A DNA stretch of 62,977 bases, the filler included, from Dirinaria sp. TL-2023a (Eukaryota): the NCBI GenBank assembly GCA_051941275.1. It is 5 parts of 5 records of this genome, joined end to end, with 100 filler letters (N's around TTAATTAATTAA, not from the genome) between each part and the next. Parts side by side here need not be neighbours in the genome. Positions count along the whole stretch, not along the records: positions 1 to 12,521 come from JAVEBF010000757.1; 4 more parts are not named here. One strand, given 5' to 3'. Below are positions 1 to 12,521 of the stretch, one piece after another (the stretch's first letter is position 1; every line of letters begins with the position of its first letter). A program made the translations under genes and the position numbers. The notes beneath the pieces were generated by a model. It worked only from the letters and a program-made list of their open reading frames with translations. It was not told the DNA's origin and did no database searches.

Positions 1-547
1 CCGGGGCAATTGGCTTGTACTCGAAGCAGGTGAACACTTCTGAGATTTCCAGGGCAGGCGCTTTGATGGCCGCCCGGAGCCGATCAATCCGGAGCCGATC
101 GATCGGCAGCCGATTTGGCTGGTCAGAGGTCGTTTCCAGCTTGGGAGGCTGGTAAAGAAACGACATTAACAAGGCGCCGAAGATCATGACGAAGGTTGTG
201 GCCGTTTTGTAGCGGCGTTGGTCCATGCTCGACATCCTTGGCATTAAAAGCCCGTTAAAACGCACTTTGGCGTTGGTGGTAGCGGAGGCAGAGAGCGGAA
301 CGGACCCAGAAGACGGAGCGGAGGCGGCGGGCGAAGCAGTGATCTCAATGACTGCGGTGGTCGTGATGGTGATGGTGATGGTGTCGGCGGGAATGGTTGT
401 AGTGGCGGTTGGTAGGAGGGAGAGCGCGGGTGCCATGATGATGCTCGTGTCGTTGGCGGACGGCATCGGAGCATTCGTGCTGAAGAGCACGGCGGTCAAA
501 ATCCCCACAACACCGGCAAAATAGGTAGCGCAGCGCGCAGTTGGCAT
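1..547 (-). CDS. Orphan putative membrane protein, 5' part only (runs off window edge)
   Basis: ATG at 547 opens a stop-free frame to base 1 (MPTARCATYFAGVVGILTAVLFS...PTATTTIPADTITITITTTAV...TFVMIFGALLMSFLY...IDRLRIDRLR...). N-terminal hydrophobic segment, Ser/Thr/Pro stalk, second hydrophobic segment. Absent from the ORF track because it has no stop inside the window. TATAAATA and a (CTTT)n tract lie upstream. Confidence 0.55.
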   Translation of the reverse strand, partial: MPTARCATYFAGVVGILTAVLFSTNAPMPSANDTSIIMAPALSLLPTATTTIPADTITITITTTAVIEITASPAASAPSSGSVPLSASATTNAKVRFNGLLMPRMSSMDQRRYKTATTFVMIFGALLMSFLYQPPKLETTSDQPNRLPIDRLRIDRLRAAIKAPALEISEVFTCFEYKPIAP

Positions 548-771
548 CTTTGCAGATATTGGAGTTGAAAGCGGTAAATAGTAGTGGTGATGCGTCCAGC
601 GCAAAAGCAAAGATGAAAAAAGGGCTTGATATTGCTGCAATATAATAAGCTGTAATGATGATGTCTGGAGCAGGTGTAGAGGAGTGTATGGATTTGGTAT
701 GCAGCGAAATGGTTTATGAGGAAAGAAAAGAAAGAAAGAAAGAAAGAGAAGATTGGAAAAATCTGACCAGG

Positions 772-779
772 TATTTATA
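772..779 (-). promoter_or_regulatory. TATA box (TATAAATA) for the orphan gene
   Basis: TATAAATA on the minus strand ~225 bp upstream of ATG 547, followed by a pyrimidine-rich (CTTT)n stretch (721-750) typical of fungal core promoters. Confidence 0.45.
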
Positions 780-812
780 CCCATGAAGAGGACAGGACCT
801 GGAGCTAACATG

Positions 813-1108
813 ACAATAGCAAGATCGATATTGTATAGACATCTATTGTACTCAATTAACCTACCTATTGTGACAATAAAAGGACTCGTTGGAGTGGAGC
901 CTGAATAGTGGACTCCTATTGTGCGCCACCTAGCGTAGATATTGACAATAGGAGTAATATGGAGCTAGGAGACGACAATTGACCATGAAACATTCCTAAC
1001 AAGAGATCAGAGCGTAGTGACCAAGGAGAATCGTACTTCCCTAGACTCCCGACCATAACAATTGCCTAGATTCTTCTGAGTGAAGCACAAGTGTTGAAGT
1101 CCTATTGT
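813..1108. promoter_or_regulatory. Cluster of CTATTGT/ACAATAG motifs (HMG-box-like sites)
   Basis: Exact 7-mer at 813, 843, 865, 916, 945 and 1102; near-matches at 828, 873, 975 and 1058; perfect 11-bp inverted repeat 912-922/945-955. Confidence 0.5.
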
Positions 1109-1707
1109 CTTTCATCCCAGCGCTAGAGCCTAGTGCAATTGATACTGAATACGAAAACATGCTGTCAAAATGTCGGACCTAAGACTGGTCACGCGTGACC
1201 ATTCAATAGAAGAACTATGACCCTAAGAGAATACGATAGAAACATGAAACGCAGCTGCAAAATGGTAGACCTGGTATTAGTCGACAAAACTTAGAATTGT
1301 CAGATGAATACACGGAGTGAAACTACCAAGCACGCGAAGAATAATAAGGAGACTCCCTCGGCCAAATCTATGTGTTGAGCAGAGAAATGGAACTATCAGA
1401 CTACAGACCGAGATCAGCGAGAGGCGATTTACGTACTACGGCCTCTATATGTTACAATGAGATTGTATGGAAAGCAGCGCTGGGTTTGCGCTGTTGTGCT
1501 GAAGAACCTCGAGCACAAGTGGTTTGATAAAAGTCGTTGATGCCAAGACCGAACCGAAGCAACCTCAGCACCCTAAGCCCAAAGAAGCTAGGACCCAGAG
1601 TTCATCGATTGGCCACTGCTCGCCGGAACGAACGACTTCATCAATCACGCTTTGTACGAAGCTCTCCATCCCCTCTATCTGACCCTTTAGATATCCTGAC
1701 GGCGAAA

Positions 1708-2365
1708 ATGGTTTGACAATCTCCTTCCTGGGACTTAAATCAGTCTTACTGACGAGAATACCAGGTTCAAGGCCACCATGGCGTTGGGACATGGGCCCAG
1801 AAGCCACCATATGCTACCTACAAATCACCATACGGCCCCAAGTCAGTTCCAGACCTCCCATCCTACTACCTTCTCGGTCCCCTTCTCTTCCTTTCAAGTC
1901 CCTAATATTCAGCGTGAATTAAGCTGACCCTCGTGGTTTCAACAGCTATCGGATAGGCGCCAACTTCCACGGCATCAGTGTTGGGCGTGCGATGAAATTG
2001 TACGTCGGCATCCTGTGTCCACCTAGGTTGAGATATAGACCTCGGCAACAGTACTGATCAGAAGGCGGAGATAGCGGGATCACAGCGGGCTCTTTTGGCG
2101 TCGTGGCTGGCATTTTCGCCCTGCAGTTCTTCTCCGAGGTGCCGAAAGTGAGGCGGGATATCATGCAGGTACGCCGACTACGGATACAATGTGGTTTCTG
2201 CGTTTCAGAAAATATCTGACGCATTGGGTGTAATAGAAAATACCTGTTATTGGGGAATACTTCGAGAGGGACATTCCGCCGAGCGATAATGTGAGTGCTC
2301 ATGGAACCACATCCTGCAGAGAGCTGCGTTTCAGACCTGCTAATGCGTTTCCACAGCCGTACTAG
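1708..2365 (+). CDS. QCR10: Cytochrome b-c1 complex subunit 10
   Basis: Six exons (1708-1710, 1765-1841, 1946-1999, 2075-2168, 2238-2290, 2357-2365) with GT-AG introns give M-VQGHHGVGTWAQKPPYATYKSPYGPNYRIGANFHGISVGRAMKFGITAGSFGVVAGIFALQFFSEVPKVRRDIMQKIPVIGEYFERDIPPSDNPY*, matching the fungal Qcr10 pattern. Confidence 0.9.
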
Positions 2366-2646
2366 AATACAAGCTGCAAGGAAAGACAAATACCGTGGCA
2401 AGACGGTGACAGTGATAGAAGGGCTGATTGCAGTAGAATTGAGACCTCAGAACTTAGATTTTGTGTTGCAACAATGTACATATTTCCTACCCTTTTCCAT
2501 GCTTTCCACTCGCAATTACGATAACAAGCGGCTGTCCTATGCAAAGTATACCGCACCTAGTCTGGACCTGAAGCGCCGGACACCACTTATATACTCATAC
2601 ACAGGAAATATTCGTCTCATCAACACAAAACCCAGACTCTCCTACG

Positions 2647-5028
2647 CTAATCTGCCTTCCCGTAGCCACCTCCATTCAGCAGCCCTTCCTTGCCGTCCAA
2701 GTGGAAGAAGCCGCCGGTACCACCCCTGGTCTTTCTTATCCTACCCTTGCCCCACATGCTAACAGAGATGGCAACTCCAATGATCAAACCCAGCGATACC
2801 CAAGGATGGCTAGCCAGAGGACTAGTAAGGGCGAAGTAGACTTGCTTGATGACGCCAGCACTAGATTTCGAGCTCAATTTAGGCGGGTTGGCAACAACCT
2901 TTGGCAAGGTCTCGAGGATTGAAGTTCGTGACGGAAGAATGTAATTGCCGGATTCAGTCATATCCCAGTAGCGATGATTCTAAGGTTATGTCAGTCCATT
3001 AATGCAAAGGTAACTTGCAACGGAGCTTGACTCACGTCTTCGTCATTGATGATTACCCTCTCCCCATGCCGCACGTCAATACCATAAGTAGATCGTATCC
3101 AACGTTCCCAGAAGACGCCATCCACCCACGCAAAGCCCACCTGTTTCTTGTCTTCTTCGCGAATCGTGATCTGCATGCTCTTTGCAGCTCGCAAAGCACG
3201 TTGGTCACCCCTATCTTCCGCTTCTTCCTGTCGAAGCTGTTTGGAATCCCTTTGCTCTTGCCGCTCGAGCTGGAACGCATGAGTCTGCTTTTCCATCCAG
3301 TCCAATGCCGCATTCTTGATCTCTCGCTTGTCGAGAACGAATTCATCAGCACGGTCACGTGAAAGTATTCCGAGAACGACAAATTTTCCGTCCATAATCT
3401 CACGAGCGTTGGACGCTGTGAGCTCTGGCACCAAAGGAAGCCATACGGACTGCATCCAGCCTAGAACTGCGCGGAAGTCCCGCATGTCCTTAGGGGATAA
3501 TGCATTGTAGTAGCTAGGCCTGCCATCCCTCGAGACTAGCAGACGAGGCCAAGTGGAGATTTTGAAGCGATCAGCGAGCACCGCACTGTCTGTCTTCACT
3601 ATTCTGGCATGGCCAACCAAGCTCAGTGTGAGTCGATCTAGTGCCTCGAAATCTTCAGTCGTCGTAGCGTGGTCGTAGAAGTATAAGAAAATAACTTCCT
3701 CGGTTTCTTCCATCTCTTTGAAAGCTGCCGCATCAACATCTACCACACCTTTGCCAATGTCTAGCGCCTTCTTGGCGTAAGCTACAAGGTCTCCAAGGCC
3801 TCGAAGGCCATCATACTCGACGCGTTCCCCCCCTCGGAAGAAATGCATTGTAGGATACGCCTTGACACGAACATCTTTACACAGCCTTGGCTCTGCCTCG
3901 CAGTTAACTTCACCTATGTTGAGCTTCCCTTGCATTTCTTTTGACATTTGAAGCCAGCTTGGTGCAAGAGCTTGACAGTGATGACACCAGGGCACATAAA
4001 ATTTCACAAACCAGGGATCTTGAGTATTGGTGACGAGCTTCTGGAAGCTCTCCTGTGACAGCGAGACTGATGTTCCGATTGGGTTTGGTGTGGTATGCGC
4101 CTTTGTTGGCTTTGGGGCTTTCTTGATGCCAGCTTTTGGTTTCGGACTTGCTGTTTCGGAGGGATCAGCAGTTGCGACTTTGTTATGCTTTGATCCAGCA
4201 GCCTTCCCAGCTTCCTTGTTCTTATCCTTTTCTGCAGGTTTGTCTGGCTCCGATTCCGTATCGACTGATGTTGCGCCAACTTCTGGCAGTTTGGGACCAT
4301 TCTTCGGTCTTGAACCGGGCCGAATAGCCTCCAACGTCTCTTCAACAAATGCGCTGAGACCCGCCATATCCTTGTGGCCCTCAAACTTTTTAACAAATTG
4401 ACCCTCCTTGTAAAGCGAGAAAGTAGGAAAGGCATTGATGTCATGTTTGCTGCAAGCGTCACCGAAGGCTACGCAGTCCAGGGAGGCGAAGTGGAAATCA
4501 TAGTAGCGGTGGAACGAGTTCAGATTCTGCGTGTCGGCGCTTTTCGTGGACGCAACAGGTTTTGAACTCTGCCAATTCATCAGGATTCCTGCAATGTTGG
4601 AAATATAATCTACTTACGTAGTAGAATTCATATAGTGTTTGCCACGTAGGCGCTATGGCGATACAATGGTGACAATAAGGCGAATAATGTTTCACGAACC
4701 TGGAAAGCCGAACATCAGCACTGGACCACTTCGAGGCCTTCCTTGGTAATAGAATTCTGCAATACCAATATCCGTCCTTCACGTCCTTATCGAAGTCATC
4801 CCCATTCAATTCTTTCATTGGGGGCACCTTTACGCCATTAAAAGTCGTGGATTCGTCAGATACAGCTTCGCTGTTGGTAGATCCAGCAGCTGCACCGGCA
4901 TCTTTCGGTCCTCCCTTGGTCTCCGAAAGGACATCTTCGACCGTGTTCAATTTGTGTTGGCTGTCTTGGGCGTATATTGGGCTGAAGAGCGCAAGTATGA
5001 GCAGCGCTCGTGATACGAGGGAGCGCAT
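2647..5028 (-). CDS. EPS1: ER membrane protein disulfide isomerase, Eps1 type (multi-thioredoxin)
   Basis: Signal peptide MRSLVSRALLILALFSPIYAQ; thioredoxin motifs YSPYCHHC and YVPWCHHC; C-terminal TM (WVSLGLIIGVAISVSMW) and ...GKAD end; several introns. Confidence 0.85.
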
Positions 5029-6226
5029 GGCTTCTCCACAGAAATCGGCAGCCACGGACCCGGACGCAAGATGCTTCAAAGACTAAACATTAGATTATAC
5101 AGTTTGCCCTGTACAAGCGCGGCCGTAGCTCCCTGCGCAAACTGAGGGCAAAGTGACGGGGCCTCGAGACTTCACCTAGTAACCACCTGCTGCGGTATGG
5201 CAACCTCGATGGTAGGACCTTTGGTATGCGACGCCTTGTAAAGTTCGAAATGTGTTTATAGCTTGGAAATAATTAAAATTGGAAAGGAAACGTTGGGATA
5301 ACCTGTCTACGGCATGGATCGCATATGAGTAGAGGCATGGATTACATGGTTGTGGCTTGTGGTTACCCCTTGTCTGGCCTTGGCTCTATCTTTCAGTACC
5401 TTACTGTACTTTACAATACTTAAGGTATCGAGAGCATCAATTTCGCAAATTCATTTTGATCATTTTATGATCTCGGAAAATTGCTCAACAGCTCCAAATA
5501 TTCTGTACTTTGCCTCCATCTCTCGAAAGAGGCTCCGAAGCACCTGAGAAAAGCTCGTCGGGACTTACGGCGTGGACTTCTATCCGGACCTCCACATCTT
5601 AGTTGCAGCGCAATCTCTTACAATAGTCTTTCAGCTTAGATCGAGACATCGAAGACATGCAGAGAGCTTAAATTTCAGCTTGGTACTACCAGACAACAGA
5701 ACAATGCTCTTGAGTCGCGAATTCGGTGTCTTTCAGAATAGCTAGGGTCATGTTTCGGGTCCGGGCTTAACGCTTTACATCATTCACTTTTGGCCAACCA
5801 TTTGAATCGATACACCGAAATTCGGGACACAGATCCATTGATACTATTCTTAAGGATTATGAAGACCATAAGCTGGGCCAATACTGTAGAAAAGATCTGA
5901 AGCGATGTGTTCCAGCTAACTCGGAGACTTCACTAGGCTGAATTGCATTATTGCATTCCGTTGTTCACCAGCGGCAACTGCAGTGACCTGGTGATGACCG
6001 AACAATGGGAATGCCCATTGATGCAACATCATCCATATATCTCTCTTTGACCTCTCTTTCCACTGACAACTATTTGATCTTTGGATTTCCATAATAATCT
6101 CATTCTTCTCTTTCTCTCGAAGCTGGCCTTCTGCCAATATACCTTTTTCTGTACCACTCGCCCTAACCAAAAGATCGTTGACTATCACTTCAGTGCAGGA
6201 TCTACCTCAACCACTACAAAATCAAT

Positions 6227-7286
6227 ATGCAGATCCGTCCATATGCATTCGCACCTCTTCTCCTTTCCCTGGTCGCGCTCATACTTGCATTGCTTTGCGT
6301 TTTCGCAGGCTCTAAGAGAGGATATCTGGAAAATGCGGACCTACTCACTCTCAACACGTCTATGTTAGGTCGCCTTAGTCCCAATAGTTCTAAATCACAT
6401 TCTCCTTTTATCAGTTCAATCGAGAGCAGCATCAAGGGAGACATCAACAACCTGATGGCTGATATTGCAAAAGAGTTGCACATACATGACTTCTACAGTG
6501 CACACATTCTGGATTACTGCGAGGTAAGCCGTCGAAGTAAGTATCTCAGTGCATCAAGTGCTAATGGTAATTTCAGGGCTTCTTTACGCCCAGCCCCGTC
6601 GCTAATATAACAGTACATCCAAGCAAGAATGTGACCAAGTGTTCCAACCATTCTTCAAGCTTCCACTTCGATCCTGCAAAAGCCATCCAGAGCGAGCTAA
6701 AGCCGGGTTTGAACCTGACGGACCTGAATTGGCCATCGAAAATTCAAGACGGTATTCAAGCAGTCAAGCTTGCGAGTAATGTTATGTTCGTTCTGTACTG
6801 CATTGGCATAGCGGCAGTTGGGCTCGCCCTGCTTGGATCCATTATTGGCATAGTAGCGGCTGGGCGCTTCGGTGCTATGGTCAATTCGATGCTCGCTTTC
6901 GTAAGTCAAGCAAGCGAAACATGGCCACTGACTGCTAACATGACTTCCAGATCGCATTCTTCTCCCTCATGCTGGCGTCTGCTATCTCCACGGGAGTCAT
7001 CGTCAAAATCAGCAATCTTGTCACCAAGCACGGTAGTGATATCGGCCTAGCAGTCACCCGAGGGAACAGATTCATCGGCATGACCTGGTATGGCTTCTCC
7101 ATATCATTCTTTCCTTAGGTGTATTGCAGTCAATTCCGATCATAGTACTTGTTATCCGAATTCACGATCTGCAATGGAATCACTGACGTGGTTAATTGCT
7201 CTAGGGCGGCTACTATATTGGTCCTTCTGGCATCCATTACATGGTTCGTCGAAATCATCATCGGCCGGAAGAAGCAGGCAGCATAA
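6227..7286 (+). CDS. SUR7/PalI family membrane protein
   Basis: N-terminal TM (ALILALLCVFAGS), IHDFYSAHILDYCEG signature, paired Cys and three further TM segments; four exons ending ...IIIGRKKQAA* at 7286. Confidence 0.85.
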
Positions 7287-7941
7287 AGTTGAGCGGCGCC
7301 AAGTCAACGGGGATAAGGCTCAGTCGAACAGCAGCGAGGGACTCGGCTGAGGGCACCTGTATCTTCTACGACCGTAAATGTGTATGATACCCGTATTGCT
7401 GTTACTGAATGCATTCGTTCCTTCAATCGTCTCACTGCACGCGTGAGACTGCCTGTCTTTTTCCATTCTTTCAATTCCATATCTTTCCTTGCTGCCGTGG
7501 TCCGCTTGCATCTGCCGGTGGTAAGAGAAACCCCTGAAGGGAAGATCTTAGCTGACTTTTCAAGTACTGACAAGGTAAGGTACCTTATGGAAGGCAGGGC
7601 GAGATAGCTCAATTAAGCTAGGGCTTTGAGCCTAGAACCCTGACTTCCGGCACTGGAGTGGGGCAGCCCCCACGTCTAAAGTCAAAATGGCCAAAGCAGC
7701 AAAGCTCCCGTCGCCCACTTCACCTTAAAGTAGCCAACGTACCCTCAGACCGCTATAGCTACAGCCTACAGCCTACAGTACTTCACACAGACGGTCCAAT
7801 CGTGGGGTAAATTCTCCGACCTCCTTTCAAAGACCTATCACGACTGACCAAAGCATTCATGCAGAACCCGAGAATTATCCCTTGACGCAACATCAACCTC
7901 CGTTCAGCTCAATTGCATCGTAGGAGTTCAACACCGCCAAT

Positions 7942-9224
7942 ATGGGAAAGAAAGCAGTGCATTTCGGCGGGGGGAACATTGGTCGTGGCTTTGTAGCCGA
8001 AAAGATGGTTCTGTCCAACTTTGAGGTATTCAAAGCTCCTTACAGCTACCCAGATCCCATGATTGACCTCGTGCCCAGGTCGTCTTTGTCGACGTTATGG
8101 ACAAACTCATCGAACAGCTCCAACAAACTCCCCAATACACCGTAACGGAGATTGGTACCGAAGGAGAGAAAGTGAACACAATTAGCAACTACCGTGCTAT
8201 TAACTCCAAGACCCATGAAGCAGACGTGGTCCAGGAGATTGCTACAGCAGACATTGTACGTTAAGCCTAACTTTACCCACAATTAACTGCTGGGTGCGTT
8301 AACGAGGCCTCATAGGTGACCTGTGCTGTTGGGCCAAACATTCTGAAGTTCATCGCTCCTGTCATTGCCAAAGCAATCGACGCGCGTAAAGAATCTAAGC
8401 CCATCGCTGTCGTTGCCTGCGAAAATGCCATCAATGCCACCGATACTCTGGCTTCCTTCATCAAGGATCCTAAACTTACCCCGGCAGACCGCCTGGCGAC
8501 TATAGATCAACGTGCCCGCTTTGCCAATTCCGCTATTGATCGCATTGTTCCAGGACAAGACCCGGATGCAGGCTTGAACGTCAAGATCGAGACTTTCTAT
8601 GAGTGGGTGGTTGACAAGACCCCCTTCAAAGATGTCGGACACCCCGAGATCCACGCTATCCACTGGGTGGATGACTTGACTCCATACATCGAGCGTAAGC
8701 TCTTCACCGTCAACACCGGTCATGCAACAGCGGCTTACTACGGACACGTCCGGGGAAAGAAGACCGTTGACGAGGCCTTGGACGACAAAGAGATCCGGGA
8801 GATCGTACACGATTGTCTCGCCGAGACATCTCACTTGATCGTGAACAAGCACCGCATTGGCAAGCACGAGCAGAAGGAATACGTTGATAAGATCATCAAG
8901 CGTATCTCGAACCCCATGCTCAAAGACATTGTGGAGCGTGTCGGACGTGCTCCTCTCCGGAAGCTCAGCCGCAAGGAGCGTTTCATCGGGCCAGCACACG
9001 AGTTGGCCGAGATGGGCGAGAAGGTGGATGCTCTGCTTGGAGCTATCGAAATGGCCTTCAAGTTCACTGATGTGGCAGAGGACGAAGAGAGCGTTCAATT
9101 GGCCCAGATCCTAAAGGAGAAGGATGCCAAGGGCGTAGTAGAGTCTGTGTGCGGCTTGAAGGAGAGCGATAAGCTCTATCCTCAGGTGTTGAAGGTAGTC
9201 GAGAAGGTGCAGGGCGGGAAGTAA
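7942..9224 (+). CDS. mpdA: Mannitol-1-phosphate 5-dehydrogenase
   Basis: [14 protein letters not shown]ossmann motif, [32 protein letters not shown] and [10 protein letters not shown] motifs; two introns. Confidence 0.95.
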
Positions 9225-9843
9225 AACCGTAAGGTATCTCTGCCTCGCATGAGCATGAAAGGGCGTAGAACGAGCACTGGGCAAGTCCGAGAACGGGAAT
9301 AAGCTGTCGTTGCTGCTGCAGGATCGGAAACATTTTCTGGTAGGGATCGTGAAAAAAAAGCATCTCTCCTTCAAATAGACTTCACTTCAGCATGAACACC
9401 CAAATTTATGAGTTTTAAAACCCGGCTCCAAGCCTCTCTCTCTCTTTCTCTCTCTTTCTCATCACGTCACATGCTTGCATATGACACAACCCTCCCCCCA
9501 CAGGCTTCCTTCCCTTGACCCTTTGACACACACTGGTTTTAACCTCAAATCACAGATCGTGCTTTCCTCACTGGGTGCCCTAGTTACTTGTTCGAAACCA
9601 GAAGTGCGGCAGCTCCCTTGACCTAACCTTACCTTACTAAGGTAAGGTACGCTTACGAAGGATACAGCACATAATTTCAAAAAAGAATATGGCTCGTGAG
9701 TCCCCCTGCCTGCCATGCACACACTCCTGAAAATCTCCAGCTTTCCAAAAAAAAAAACAAAACAAAACAAATCAGGGAACTCGAGAAGAAGCTGATTTGT
9801 TTCTGTACTTATTTTTGAAGGCAAAATCGCCAGCCAGGTATCC

Positions 9844-11807
9844 ATGCCAACCACCATGGCGTCGGGGACTAGAGCATCCTCTCAAGAAGACACCGCGAGT
9901 ACTCGTACGAGGGGGCCTTCCTACGCCGCCGCCGCCGCCGGCGGAGCGCCTGCTCCAGAACCCCCGATGGCGACAGAGCCGCTACCGATCCGATCCTCGG
10001 CTCCCACGATCGATCACCGGCAAGGTTTCGGGCTGGGTCGGGTGTCGGACGACGTGTTCGAGCCGTCTCGCTGGTATCCCTCCGCTCCCGTGCTGTGCGA
10101 GCAGTACACCAAGTTTGTGAACGCCATGTTGGGGCGGATCAGGGCCAACGAGAGCAATGCTCACGAGGTGCGCTTGTTCTTCGAGCTGCTGAGGGTGGAG
10201 GATGGTGAGCCCGGGTATTGGAGACCCGTGAACGGGTTTTTGCCCGCGTTGGAAGATGGGATGTGAGTTCGCCCCCTTTTTCGTGTTCAGAGCTTGCCCG
10301 CCAGCTCCCCCCCCCCAGGTCTCGCTAACTCGGTTTGTTTATAGACCCGCGGCGACGAATGATAGGAATGAGCCATACTTGCTACTGGTCACGTTACTGA
10401 GGCTGGAAATGAGGGACCGGAAGCGTGGGAGCAGAGCGAGGAGCGACGGCAGTGGGGTGGTGGCGGCAAGAACGGGGCTCGATCAGCGTGAACAGGTCGG
10501 CGTGGCTGCTCAGATATTCGGCAAGGAGAGCACGGGCAGCAGTCGGACGGTGGATCAGAACCGCTTCCTCAAGAGCTGGTTTGAAATGGGGTATCCACCA
10601 GGTGGTGAGAATGCTACCTTCTAGATCTCGAATCCTTACGCTCGTAGCATCTGCTAATGAAGCTTTATATGTAGTGATGGCGGATGATGAAGCAAGGGCT
10701 GCCGCAAAGGGCAGAGCAATTCAAAAAGATAGCCTAGGCCTACCGGTACTCGTCGGGACTGAATCTGAATCCGAGTGGCTTAGAACATCAACGTCTATCA
10801 CTGAGCCTACTACCGAAGGACCATCAATCAATGAAAGCGCGCCGCCTGCAACCCAGCAAGCCCCACGTCACCGACGACCAGCCCTCAGTCACCAACCACT
10901 GTCAGGTTTTGCCCAAGCCCTAATCGAGGCGGAGGAGGAGAAGGCTCCAAAGTTCGCTCGTGGCTACGTGGAAGCCCGTCACGAACCCACCGTCGTCAAA
11001 GGTTTCGACATTGAAGCAGACACGGAGCTTGCGGGCAAGGATTCGACTCCGAAGACGATCGTGAGTGCCATTGAACAAGAGATGAAAGAGCATCTCCTGA
11101 AATTGCGTACCGAACCCCCGCTCTTCCCGAATCGGCTCAGGACCTCCTATGACGGAGCTGAACAGCACGTGGCGGGTCCGACTCGAAGGGCGAGCATGAG
11201 TGCCATTGGGCAAGAGCTGAAAGAGCGAGACCTCCTAAGCCCCTACGACTCATCTCTGGATTCCAGTTCGTGGACAAACAACCTCTTAGCGCACATGCCC
11301 CGGACCTCCTATGACGGAGCACAACAGAGTCTAGCAAGCCTCGAGCCAGGAGAAGCGTTTGCTTCTCAGGCCAGCCCAAACAGCCCGGCCTTCGGTTCAA
11401 GGCGAGTCAGCGACACAGATCGCAACACGAACAACGACTCACCGCCGCGTACCCCGCTCGGTGATGGCAGACCTCAACGGAACACGACAAATCTCGAGCA
11501 GCAGGGAGAAGAAGCCTTTGCTTCTCAGATCAGCCCAAACAGCCCGGCCTTCGGTCCGACGAGGCGGTTCAGCGACTCAGATAGCGACACAGACAGCAGC
11601 GACACACCACCGCGCAGCCTGCTCGTCGATAGCCGTGAAGATGTCGTCTTCCGGGCACGAGATCACGGTTCCGAAGTCGAGGTCGTTACTCCTTCCCCCA
11701 ACACGCGCCGGAGGAGGAGGAGTTCGAGTAATCATCCGCCGGGCTTTTTCGATCACATTGGCGGCGATCCGATGGAGTCGAATTCACTGCTGGACCGCTT
11801 GCCTTGA
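9844..11807 (+). CDS. Orphan 603-aa protein with internally duplicated low-complexity C-terminus
   Basis: Exons 9844-10262, 10345-10604 and 10675-11807 join in frame through GTGAGT..GCTAAC..TAG and GTGAGA..GCTAAT..TAG introns (1812 nt). No recognisable family. Confidence 0.7.
11140..11620 (+). repeat. Imperfect ~160-bp internal coding duplications
   Basis: GGACCTCCTATGACGGAGC at 11140 and 11302; AGAAGC.TTTGCTTCTCAG..CAGCCCAAACAGCCCGGCCTTCGGT at 11351 and 11510. Confidence 0.85.
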
Positions 11808-12521
11808 TATCTAACCGGTTTTGTTTTTCGACGACGACGCGTGTGGATCAACAGCAACACACCTCATATCTATACTTTAGTTTTCTAGCAGGTTCGAGTT
11901 GAATTGCTCACGAAACTTCACACACACTCCAGCTGCACCAAAAGTTTCCTTGTTATTGACATTGTTACGAGTCATCATCATCGAGTTGACTAGTCTATAC
12001 CTAGTCTATTGTTATATATACCCCTAGCTCACCACGCTAGGAACCAAAAAAGTGGTTTTTCTGAAATGTCCGTAGGTTCTTTGCGCCTCTCTCTCTTAGT
12101 TTTAATTGCATTACTACGTACCTTAGGTGGCCCGATTGAATATTTATAGCTAGTGCAGCTTTCACGAATTGAATGAATAGTCGTTTCTGTTAGTTTATTA
12201 CCTCAATGGGTCGTGTTATGTTCTTCATTATTGTTCTGCTGAGGTGAGATGCGCAATATTGATTGAGGAGACTGGGAGCGACTTTTCAACCCTACCTAGG
12301 TCGGTATTCGAGGATACGCAACCCTAAGATAATTGGACCCGAGGACCGAGGCATCTTCAGAACCTCGATCGTTCGCAACAAGCAGCAGTATGTAGTCACA
12401 ATGTGAAGCTTTTAGCTCTCCACCTTATTATTGCAATTGTCCCCCCTCAAAAAAAAAATCCCCCACTGATAAAATAAGGCCAGCACATGTCATCCCACCC
12501 AGAATTCTCATTCTCAAGTCC

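Noticed and set aside
780..1450. TAG/CTAG-rich tract as a transposon relic (also 11900-12500)
   Set aside because: No TIR, LTR pair, TSD or transposase/RT remnant visible; cannot be supported without a repeat search.
8310..9098. Long antisense ORFs (262 aa opposite mpdA; also 13651-14172, 24643-25116, 225-524)
   Set aside because: Shadow frames of codon-biased or repetitive genes on the other strand.
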